Of a DNA stretch of 64,000 nucleotides, positions 48,133 through 56,954 are shown piece by piece. The stretch's first letter is position 1, and every line of letters starts with the position of its first letter. Source of the DNA: Bacteroidota bacterium. Lineage in GTDB: Bacteria > Bacteroidota > Bacteroidia > NS11-12g > UBA955. Below the pieces are notes generated by a model. The model did no database searches. It was not told the DNA's origin and worked only from the letters and a program-made list of their open reading frames with translations. Position numbers and translations under genes: made by a program. The stretch is taken from the NCBI GenBank assembly GCA_005798825.1, contig SYIL01000004.1, positions 37,769 to 101,768 on the forward strand, in the 5' to 3' direction.

Positions 48133-50460
48133 ATGGGATTGGCACGTTTTTTTGTCTGCATTCTAATTTTTTCATTCCAAATGCTTCGTGCACAAACCCC
48201 CACTATAAATGGGTGGGTGTACAACAAAAAAACCCTCGAAACCATTGCTGGTGCAATAATTGTCGATTCATCTTCTTATAAATTTGTTGAAACAAATGCC
48301 TTTGGCCACTTTCAATTTTCATCAAGAAAGGGGGATAAAATTTTTTTTATAGCAGCCCGTGGTTTTAAATCACAGCGATTGGCCATCAATGTAGAATCGT
48401 CTAATAATAAGAATTTTTTTCTCGTGCCAGTGGGTTATAACGAGCTTGATTCTGCAGAAGAATTTTTTTCCTTATACAATATGAAGCCTTCTTTTTATGC
48501 GGCTACTAAAAAACATATTATTGAAGCCCCAAGTGTATTAAGTGTAAGTGATCCAATAAAATATTTGCAATTTTTGCCAGGGGTTTCTGGAGGAATCGAA
48601 GGTCTTTCGGGTCTACTCGTTAGGGGAAGCAATCCAGATCAAAATTTGATGCTCATGAATGGAATGCCCATTTATGGCAATGGGCATATTTGGGGTTTTG
48701 TATCCAATTACAATCCAGAAATACTTCAATCGATCCATTTTTATCGTGGGGTTGCCCCTGCTAGATTTGGAGGAAGGGCTGGGGGAGGCGTATTGGATGT
48801 TCAAACCGATGGGGGTTCGGCCAAAGAGTGGACGGGAAAATTTCATGTTGATCCTATCACTTTTAATTTGGTTATGAATGGCCCCCTAGACCATCGGGGC
48901 AAGGTAACCGCTTCGTTTGCTCTTCGAAGAAGCTATCTCGATTGGGTTCTGGGCAACCAAATTAATTCGGTTCTCACAGGAAATATTCACGATGCCAATA
49001 TTCGGATTAACTTCAAAAAAAATCAACATACCCAATGGAATTATTGGTTTTATAATGGAAGAGACAAATATGGGTTTTTTATCAAAGATGATCAAATTGA
49101 TTCTTTGGGTCGCAGAATTATTCTTGATTACAAAAGTCTTACTTTTTGGCAGAACACCCAGGCGGGAATTCGTTGGTCACATGAGTTTAATGCAAATCAT
49201 TTTGGCTCAATAACAGCAGGGTATTCTCGCTATAATTTTGTGAACGACAATAGTATTGACGCATCAATTACCCAAGGTCTTTCTGTTCGTTCAGTTCAAT
49301 TCAAAGACAAACTAAGCAATGCCATTAACGACATCAGTGCCAACGCCGATTTTTCTTATGTATATTCTTTACGCCATACCCTGAGATACGGGAGCCAATT
49401 TATATTGCATGGATTGAAGCCGGGAATAACCCAAGTCGTTGAGAAAACAAGTTCAGCCAATATAGATACCCTATATGGAATATCAAATATACAGTCGGCC
49501 ATTGAATGGTCTCAATATACCGAATTAGACCTGCACCCCAATATTGGTCTAAGCCTCAATATTGGAATCCGACTATGGTCTTTTCTCGCCAGAGACAAGG
49601 CGTTCATTCGCCCAGAACCCCGTATTATTTTGAGCCAATTGCTGGAAGGAAAAAAACGCATTCAATTGGGATTTTCGATTGCAAACCAGGGCCTTCACCA
49701 ACTCTCAAGTGTCAATGGTACTTTGCCGAGAGATGTATGGTTCCCCAGCGGTGAATCATTTAAACCCCAAACTACTACCCAATTTTCGGCTGCCTTTTTG
49801 ATGCCTGCCGGATCGGGAATTGAATTCTCTACAGAATTTTTTTACAAGAATTTTAAGGGAATAACAGATTTGACAGGAATAGATGAAGATCCACTTGTGA
49901 AAAATTTCTGGGAGAGGAGCATTGTTCAAGGAAGTGGGACGGCACTTGGATTTGAAATGTTGTTGATTAAACAAACCGGTGTATTCACCGGATTGTTGGG
50001 TTACACGTACTCAAAAAGTACAAGAACGTTCGATTTTATCAACAACGGGGAACAATTTCCCTATCGTTGGGATCGTCCGCATCAAATCAAAGGACAACTC
50101 ACAATCAATTTGGTTAGTTGGCTCAAAATTAACATAGCGGGTGTATTAATGAGCGGCAATGTATATTCTGTTCCAACCGGAAAATATTTAAGCACCGAAG
50201 GCAAATTATTGTACGATTACAACACCAAAAACAACTACCGCATGCCCACATATAAAAGAATAGACCTAGGATTTACGAAAGAGATAAAACCTTTTCAGTA
50301 TCGTTCGTATAAAGAATTTTATGGCATTCAATTTTACAATACATTCGGTTGGGTGAATCCGTTGGGTGCCAAATTAGACATTGACATTAATGGACGAATT
50401 AGTTTCAAAGGACAATATTTTGGCTTTATACCTTCAGGGTTTTACCGATTAGAATTTTAA
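48133..50460 (+). CDS. TonB-dependent receptor (CarboxypepD_reg-like N-domain, plug, barrel)
   Basis: TNAFGHF N-domain, LQFLPGV...VRGSNPDQNL, PARFGGR..GVLD plug, RMPTYKRIDL and terminal Phe. Start moved to ATG 48133. Confidence 0.9.
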   Translation: MGLARFFVCILIFSFQMLRAQTPTINGWVYNKKTLETIAGAIIVDSSSYKFVETNAFGHFQFSSRKGDKIFFIAARGFKSQRLAINVESSNNKNFFLVPVGYNELDSAEEFFSLYNMKPSFYAATKKHIIEAPSVLSVSDPIKYLQFLPGVSGGIEGLSGLLVRGSNPDQNLMLMNGMPIYGNGHIWGFVSNYNPEILQSIHFYRGVAPARFGGRAGGGVLDVQTDGGSAKEWTGKFHVDPITFNLVMNGPLDHRGKVTASFALRRSYLDWVLGNQINSVLTGNIHDANIRINFKKNQHTQWNYWFYNGRDKYGFFIKDDQIDSLGRRIILDYKSLTFWQNTQAGIRWSHEFNANHFGSITAGYSRYNFVNDNSIDASITQGLSVRSVQFKDKLSNAINDISANADFSYVYSLRHTLRYGSQFILHGLKPGITQVVEKTSSANIDTLYGISNIQSAIEWSQYTELDLHPNIGLSLNIGIRLWSFLARDKAFIRPEPRIILSQLLEGKKRIQLGFSIANQGLHQLSSVNGTLPRDVWFPSGESFKPQTTTQFSAAFLMPAGSGIEFSTEFFYKNFKGITDLTGIDEDPLVKNFWERSIVQGSGTALGFEMLLIKQTGVFTGLLGYTYSKSTRTFDFINNGEQFPYRWDRPHQIKGQLTINLVSWLKINIAGVLMSGNVYSVPTGKYLSTEGKLLYDYNTKNNYRMPTYKRIDLGFTKEIKPFQYRSYKEFYGIQFYNTFGWVNPLGAKLDIDINGRISFKGQYFGFIPSGFYRLEF

Positions 50461-50464
50461 ATTC

Positions 50465-51328
50465 ATGAAAAAAAATCGCTATCGCTATTCGACAATTTTA
50501 TTAACGGCGCTTTGTTTGTGTGCTTGTGAATCAGAGCTGGATATTACTGGGATTAAACATGATCCTTTATTGGTAGTTAATTCATTGGTAAACAGCGATG
50601 ATTTTTTTTCTGTTCAAGTTTCAACGACCATTCCTTTGAAAGATACATTGTATCCCAAATTTGTTGAAACCGCAAAGGTGAGTGTCTTAGATGGGATCAC
50701 CCTGCTCGCTGTATTACCCTATGACTTGGGTGAAGAAAAATATATAGGAAATTTTAAGCCCTTGCCAGGTAAAACATATACTGTCATGGTAGAAAAAACT
50801 TCTTTTTACACTGCATCTGGAAGTATGAAGTTGCCAGAGAAACTCAATAGCCCGCCTGCAAAGTGGATGGACAACACTGGAACTGACTCATTGGGATTTG
50901 CAACAGGTACGATTACGTGTTTTATATCCGATCCGCAAAAAGATCGCAATTATTACGAAATCAATCTATACCGATACGATGATTTTGATCAATCTTGGTA
51001 TACAGTCATTCCCCTGCCAATCGATCCTTTTATAAATGAAAATGCCATTCGAACAGAAAAGGGAGGCATGCTTATTGATGATCGAAATTTTAACGGACTT
51101 TCAAAAGAAATAGGTTTCGTAACACCATTCGGAAGTGCGGGTACGCAGTATAAATTTTTGGTTGAAGTTCGCTCATTGAGTGTGGATTATTATCGATACC
51201 TCGAATCCTTGGCAAATTATCGATCCATTTCAGGCTTGTTTTCAGATCCATCACCCGTATTTAGCAATATTGTTAACGGAAGAGGTATTTGTGCAGGTTC
51301 ATCTGTTGAGAAAGACACCATTCAATAA
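50465..51328 (+). CDS. DUF4249-like lipoprotein (TBDR partner)
   Basis: Lipobox LCAC, LVVNS, DP...NYY, SVDYYRY and SNIVNGRGI. Typical pairing downstream of a TBDR. Confidence 0.8.
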   Translation: MKKNRYRYSTILLTALCLCACESELDITGIKHDPLLVVNSLVNSDDFFSVQVSTTIPLKDTLYPKFVETAKVSVLDGITLLAVLPYDLGEEKYIGNFKPLPGKTYTVMVEKTSFYTASGSMKLPEKLNSPPAKWMDNTGTDSLGFATGTITCFISDPQKDRNYYEINLYRYDDFDQSWYTVIPLPIDPFINENAIRTEKGGMLIDDRNFNGLSKEIGFVTPFGSAGTQYKFLVEVRSLSVDYYRYLESLANYRSISGLFSDPSPVFSNIVNGRGICAGSSVEKDTIQ

Positions 51329-51340
51329 TCATCAACTTTA

Positions 51341-54151
51341 GTGACAAGCCAAGAGAAACAAATTCGCATTATCAATGCATATCAACACAATCTAAAACAC
51401 CTGAATATTGATATAAATCATGGTTCGTTTACGGTTGTGACAGGTGTTTCGGGTAGTGGCAAATCCAGTCTTGTATTCGAAACACTTTTTGCTGAAGGTC
51501 AGCGCAGGTATGTGGAGAGCTTGAGTAGTTACGCACGTCAATTTTTGGGTAGAATGAAAAAACCTTTGGTTGATGATATTCAGGGTCTCTGCCCCGCTGT
51601 TGCCATTGAACAAAAGGTTAATACGCGCAATCCTAGGAGTACAATTTCTACGTCAACCGAAATATATGATTATATAAAATTACTTTTTAGCAGGGCTGGA
51701 CATACCCTATCACCGATTTCTGGACGTGAAGTAAAACGGGAAACCACGGAAGATATACTGCATTATTGCGTTTCAGAAAAGCCAAATGAGAAAATACTCA
51801 TTTTGGCTCCACAAGTACCCAAAAATCGCAATTTAACAGATTGGGACTTGTTGGTTCAGAAAGGGTTTAGCAGAATTTGGTACAACACAGAAATACTTGA
51901 GATACAAGAATTAATTGACAGTAAAAAAATGATTGACTCGGCGATTTATATCGTCGTAGATCGAATGCAAGTCAATCCGGATGACGAAGAATTTCAAACC
52001 CGATTGTTTGACGCATGTGAAACTGCATTTTGGGAAGGAGAGGGGAATTGTACTATTTATTGTATAGAAAGTCAAAAGAGTACTGATTTTAATAACCGGT
52101 TTGAATTGGATGGGCTGAAATTCGAATTGCCTACAAGAGATTTTTTGAGTTTCAACAACCCACATGGAGCCTGTAGGACCTGTGAAGGATATGGGAATTT
52201 GTTGGGAATAGACAAAGATTTGGTTGTTCCCGACCATTCGCTCAGTGTGTTTGAGGGAGCCATCGCACCTTGGAAGGGCGAAGTATTGGGTGAGTGGAGA
52301 AACGATTTTATTCGCTTGGCTACAAATGAAGACTTTCCCATTCATAAGCCCTACAGAGAACTTTCAGAGAAACAATTGTCGCTTTTGTGGAACGGCACAA
52401 GCAAATTGCCAGGCATCAATGATTTTTTCAAATACCTCGAAGAAAAATCCTACAAGATCCAGTACCGGGTTTTAGCGGCTCGATACAGGGGGAAAACCAT
52501 CTGTCAAGATTGTTTGGGTACACGTTTGAGAAAAGAAGCATCCTTCGTAAAAATTATTTCAACCCAAAAATCAACAGAATTTCCCAAAGAGTTATCTATT
52601 CAAGCGTTGCTTTTAATGACAGTTGATAGGGCATTGGCTTATTGTGTTCAATTAAAACTGAGTCCCCAAGATTTTTCGATTGCCCATAGAATACTCGAAG
52701 AAATCAGAAATCGTCTGCAATTTCTGACCAATGTTGGATTGGGATATTTGTCATTGAATCGTCTGAGCAATACCCTCAGCGGGGGAGAAAGTCAACGGAT
52801 TAACCTAGCAAGCTCCTTGGGTACCAACCTCACTGGCTCAATGTATATTTTAGATGAACCCAGTATTGGGCTTCACAGTCGAGATACAGAAAGATTGATT
52901 GGTGTTTTAAAAGCCTTGCAGCATGAAGGCAATACAGTCATTGTGGTTGAGCATGATGAGGAAATGATGTGCAGTGCAGAAAATATTATTGATATCGGTC
53001 CACTTGCAGGTTCACAGGGTGGTCAATTGCTGTACCAGGGGAAATTGGGCGGATTATTGGCATGCGAGCGGAGTATAACCGGAAAATATCTGAATAAAAC
53101 AGAAACGATTGCAGTTCCCAATACCCGGAGAAAATCGCCAAATTTTATAGAAATAACAGAGGCCTCAGCCAACAATCTCAAACACGTCACCTGTAAATTT
53201 CCCCTAGAATCGCTCACAGCAGTTACGGGTGTTTCGGGCTCGGGTAAAACTACACTGATAAAACAAGTTCTATTTCCTGCTATAAGCCGACATCTTGGTC
53301 AGTTTACTACCAACAAGCCAGGAAAACACAAAAACCTTTCTGGTGCATTGCATTTGATCAAAGGAATTGAAATGATAGACCAAAATCCAATCGGTAAAAG
53401 CAGCCGCAGCAATCCTGTTACCTACGTTAAAGCCTTTGATGAAATCAGGGAGTTGTTTGCCAATGTGGCTACTTCAAAATTCAATGGATTTAAAAGTTCT
53501 CATTTCTCGTTCAATGTCGATGGTGGAAGATGTGACAATTGCTCGGGAGAGGGCGAAAATATTATTGAAATGCAATTTATGGCCGATATTAAACTTTCCT
53601 GTGAGGTTTGTGGGGGCAAACGATACAAAAAAGAAGTGCTGGAGGTTGAGCACAAAGGAAAAAATATCCACGATGTTTTGGAAATGTCTGTTGATGAGGC
53701 AATGGAATTTTTTTCGTCAACCAAGGCGATTCATGACCGGCTAAGACCCCTTCAAGACGTTGGCTTGGGGTATGTGAAATTGGGTCAGGGTTCAAACACA
53801 TTGAGTGGGGGTGAAGCGCAACGCGTTAAATTGGCATTTTTTTTAAGCAAAGCCAGTCCGCACAAGGAAGGGGGAACCTTGTTTATTTTTGACGAACCCA
53901 CTATTGGACTGCATGCCCATGATATCAAAAAGCTTATGCAGTCATTTCAAGCGCTTATCGAAAAGGGAAACACGGTTCTGTGTATCGAACACAATCTGGA
54001 TGTCGTAAAATGTGCAGATTGGTTGATTGATTTAGGACCCGAGGCTGGCAGTGCCGGTGGGGAATTGGTTTACCAAGGGGTTCCTGAAGGAATCGCAACC
54101 GTAAAAAATAGCATTACCAAAAAATACCTATTGCAGAAACTTGAAGCATGA
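51341..54151 (+). CDS. uvrA: Excinuclease ABC subunit A
   Basis: Two ABC cassettes (GVSGSGKSS and GVSGSGKTT; LSGGESQRI and LSGGEAQRV), AEGQRRYVESLS and zinc-finger Cys pairs. GTG start. Confidence 0.95.
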   Translation: MTSQEKQIRIINAYQHNLKHLNIDINHGSFTVVTGVSGSGKSSLVFETLFAEGQRRYVESLSSYARQFLGRMKKPLVDDIQGLCPAVAIEQKVNTRNPRSTISTSTEIYDYIKLLFSRAGHTLSPISGREVKRETTEDILHYCVSEKPNEKILILAPQVPKNRNLTDWDLLVQKGFSRIWYNTEILEIQELIDSKKMIDSAIYIVVDRMQVNPDDEEFQTRLFDACETAFWEGEGNCTIYCIESQKSTDFNNRFELDGLKFELPTRDFLSFNNPHGACRTCEGYGNLLGIDKDLVVPDHSLSVFEGAIAPWKGEVLGEWRNDFIRLATNEDFPIHKPYRELSEKQLSLLWNGTSKLPGINDFFKYLEEKSYKIQYRVLAARYRGKTICQDCLGTRLRKEASFVKIISTQKSTEFPKELSIQALLLMTVDRALAYCVQLKLSPQDFSIAHRILEEIRNRLQFLTNVGLGYLSLNRLSNTLSGGESQRINLASSLGTNLTGSMYILDEPSIGLHSRDTERLIGVLKALQHEGNTVIVVEHDEEMMCSAENIIDIGPLAGSQGGQLLYQGKLGGLLACERSITGKYLNKTETIAVPNTRRKSPNFIEITEASANNLKHVTCKFPLESLTAVTGVSGSGKTTLIKQVLFPAISRHLGQFTTNKPGKHKNLSGALHLIKGIEMIDQNPIGKSSRSNPVTYVKAFDEIRELFANVATSKFNGFKSSHFSFNVDGGRCDNCSGEGENIIEMQFMADIKLSCEVCGGKRYKKEVLEVEHKGKNIHDVLEMSVDEAMEFFSSTKAIHDRLRPLQDVGLGYVKLGQGSNTLSGGEAQRVKLAFFLSKASPHKEGGTLFIFDEPTIGLHAHDIKKLMQSFQALIEKGNTVLCIEHNLDVVKCADWLIDLGPEAGSAGGELVYQGVPEGIATVKNSITKKYLLQKLEA

Positions 54152-54229
54152 GAAAACAAAATTTCCGCAAAATATCCTTCGCCATGATGAACAGAATTCT
54201 TCGTTGGTAAATCGAAGATTGTCGGCGAA

Positions 54230-56806
54230 TTATTGAATTTGAATGGCCGAAACCTTTTCAGTTCCATCAAACATTCTAATTCGCAATTGGTAAATCCCTT
54301 TTGCCAAATGAACATATCCCTTTGCAGAATAAGGGGTTTCTGATGAAAATTTGATGTCTAATTCCTTGCCCAATAGGCTAAATATTTTGATCTCAGACAT
54401 CGGATAAATGGATGAGATATGAATGGTAGCATTCGCTTCTGTCGGATTGGGGTAAACCAATATTGTATTTCGTAACAATTGGTTTACAGACAAAGTAGGA
54501 ATTAGAAGTTCTACATTGGATTGTGCAAAACAAGAATCACCAACTTTTTGGATTTCGTGAATGATAACGATTGTTTTCCCGGCGTAAGGCTGAACATCCA
54601 ATACAGGTTTTTTGTCGGAGGAATTCCAAGCAGGCAAACCAGTTGTATACCAACTGTGAACTCCCAAGCTATCATTGGGTAAGAGTTGGTAGAAGTTTAC
54701 TTTTTTGTCAATCGAAAATTCGGCTTTGGGTTTTGGATTTAGTATAATGGAACAGGGGTTTGAGCGCAGTGTGCAACCCAAATTAGAGCGAACTACGACA
54801 ATGACTGAGTCTCCGTTTTTTACTTTTACTGAACAAGCATTTGGATTGGGCAAGGAGATTTTTGCTTTTCCTACCAAGGCCCAGACACTATCATAATCAC
54901 CCAAAACGCGGTACTCGAAAGCAATTGCAGCTGCACATGTGCTGAGTGTTTTGTATGAATCCAAGCTGGTACTGATCGAAACCAAAGAATCGGCCGCGAT
55001 ATATAATTTTTTGTCGCTTGTTCCACAGACCAGTTGGGAAGAATCAATTACAGCGATATCATATTTATTGTTTTTTTGCGATAAAAACAATTTGGGGTTA
55101 GATTTTGAAGAGAAAATGCCACCATTAATTTGAATCGAAAATCGGCTGGGCAAGGACAAGAACTCCAATTCAATAGATCCATTAACACAACGTGGGCCGG
55201 GTTTGACTTTTACAGAATAGGATAGGGGGGAGCATGATTTTGTTTTCCCTTGTATTTTGGCAATGGGACTAAATTCACAATCAGAATTCACCTTGTATTT
55301 CAACCAAAGTTCGACCGCGGTATTTCCAGTTGCTGTAACAATGGTGTGGAAGGTGTCTTGTCCTGAATTTGATGATTGATTCCACGTTTTGCCAAAATCT
55401 TCACTCACGTAATATTCCAATCCTCCATTGTGTGTGTTCCAAGAAAATGTAATTTGTGTAAGTTGGGTATCGGCAATGATGAGCTTGGCTTTTGGTGCAG
55501 AATCGGCAATCGATAAGATTTTTGTAAAACCCTTGCTTACACAGCCATTGGTCGATTTTGCCCATCCAAATAATGTTTTTTTGGAAGCGCTGGCAATGGT
55601 TTTGAAAATCGTATCCAGAAGAAACGGACCATTGTTAGAAACTTTGCTAAATGAATCTCCAAAGGCAGAACGCATCGCAAACTCAATGGAACTCCCAGCA
55701 CAATAGTTTGATTTCGGGTTTTTTACCTCAATGGTTCCGAATGGCTTTTGTTTTACCACTATTTTTATTGGATCACTTTTTTCTTTACACCCATTGTTAT
55801 TTGTTGCAATAGAATAATAGTTTCCGGAGTCTTTTGCGTAGACAATAAGTTTTGTTTGATTTCCAGGAAACCAACGAATAGAGTGACCGGCTATACTATA
55901 CGTTAGCAATTTCAACGAATCACCTTGGCATATACTTGAGCTTGTTGTATTGGGTGAGATTTGAGGTTTGCTTGCCCCTTGCAATACTTTAAAACGAAAC
56001 GTGTCCGGAGAAGAGGGTCCTTTGCTATTGCTCACTTGTAAAATAGCCATGTAACTCCCTGCGGTAGCATAACTGATGTTCGGATTTTGTTGGGTAGAAG
56101 CATTGGGACTCCCAGAGGGGAAAGTCCATTTAAATGTCTTGGGAGAATTGGTACCCGACCCTTTAAAGGACAAACTGCTGCCAGAACACAGCAAAGTGTC
56201 TGATAATTTTATGGATGCTACCGACAATAAAGAAGATGTGTTGGCATCGATTGTTTTCTCATAAATATAATCCCCACTGGTGCCCCCATTTCCGTTGGCT
56301 GAATTTAAGTTTATATAAAAACGCACTTTGCCCATATTGGTACTGGGTGCTTTCCATTGAAAAACCCAAGAAGTGGAATCGCTGGCGACGGCAGCTGTGC
56401 CTTTAGATGTTTGGCTAATATAATAGCGTGTTTTGCTACTTACAGTCCCTCGAGTGGTTTGTGTTCTTGCATCGGTAGAAGTAAAAGTACCCGCAGCAGA
56501 ATTGGTACTCACATCCAGGCAGGTGAGTTCAAAGCCAAAAGTGGAAATTCCGCTTTCTTTGTAGGTGAGTGTGAGGGTATAGGTAGAATCCGGAATGTAT
56601 CCATCTCCAGTAAAATTATTTTTAAGCCTAAGCCTTCCCCAATTTGTTCCGGATGTTTGTAACCCATAAGAACCATGGCAACTGGTGCAATCTCCTTCCG
56701 AAGGAGCACCGGTATAGGATGCGTTTGGACCACTCGAATTGGAAATTACTGTTGAAATAATCGCAGTGCTTATCAAGATTAAACTAATTTTTATGGATTT
56801 CAACAT
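54230..56806 (-). CDS. T9SS-secreted protein: CxxCH/reeler-like (choice-of-anchor V-type) N-domain, PKD and Ig-like repeats
   Basis: TGAPSEGDCTSCH, FQWKAP...NSANGNG reeler-like motifs, PKD (WTFPSGSP..QNP) and CTD VYPNP...LAKGIYQL. Start taken at ATG 56806. Confidence 0.8.
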   Translation of the reverse strand: MLKSIKISLILISTAIISTVISNSSGPNASYTGAPSEGDCTSCHGSYGLQTSGTNWGRLRLKNNFTGDGYIPDSTYTLTLTYKESGISTFGFELTCLDVSTNSAAGTFTSTDARTQTTRGTVSSKTRYYISQTSKGTAAVASDSTSWVFQWKAPSTNMGKVRFYINLNSANGNGGTSGDYIYEKTIDANTSSLLSVASIKLSDTLLCSGSSLSFKGSGTNSPKTFKWTFPSGSPNASTQQNPNISYATAGSYMAILQVSNSKGPSSPDTFRFKVLQGASKPQISPNTTSSSICQGDSLKLLTYSIAGHSIRWFPGNQTKLIVYAKDSGNYYSIATNNNGCKEKSDPIKIVVKQKPFGTIEVKNPKSNYCAGSSIEFAMRSAFGDSFSKVSNNGPFLLDTIFKTIASASKKTLFGWAKSTNGCVSKGFTKILSIADSAPKAKLIIADTQLTQITFSWNTHNGGLEYYVSEDFGKTWNQSSNSGQDTFHTIVTATGNTAVELWLKYKVNSDCEFSPIAKIQGKTKSCSPLSYSVKVKPGPRCVNGSIELEFLSLPSRFSIQINGGIFSSKSNPKLFLSQKNNKYDIAVIDSSQLVCGTSDKKLYIAADSLVSISTSLDSYKTLSTCAAAIAFEYRVLGDYDSVWALVGKAKISLPNPNACSVKVKNGDSVIVVVRSNLGCTLRSNPCSIILNPKPKAEFSIDKKVNFYQLLPNDSLGVHSWYTTGLPAWNSSDKKPVLDVQPYAGKTIVIIHEIQKVGDSCFAQSNVELLIPTLSVNQLLRNTILVYPNPTEANATIHISSIYPMSEIKIFSLLGKELDIKFSSETPYSAKGYVHLAKGIYQLRIRMFDGTEKVSAIQIQ

Positions 56807-56937
56807 GGCTTTTGTAAACAATAATTTAGTGCTGTAAAGATAGTAATAAATGTTATTGGGTTTTATTAATGTAGCCCACCCACTCTTTCATACAGTATTT
56901 GAAGGCATGAATTGCTATTTTTTAATCGGCAATTAGT

Positions 56938-56945
56938 TAAATTTG
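56938..56945 (+). promoter_or_regulatory. -7 box (TAAATTTG) for the M16 peptidase
   Basis: Exact TAnnTTTG, 9 nt before ATG 56955. Confidence 0.6.
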
Positions 56946-56954
56946 TAGAATATT

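Noticed and set aside
54148-54229. 20-aa ORF (MRKQNFRKISFAMMNRILRW) overlapping the uvrA stop, and nested stems TTCGCC/GGCGAA and TCTTCG/CGAAGA between convergent genes
   Set aside because: Too short to support. The stems are imperfect and have no U-tract, so this may be a weak terminator but is not callable.
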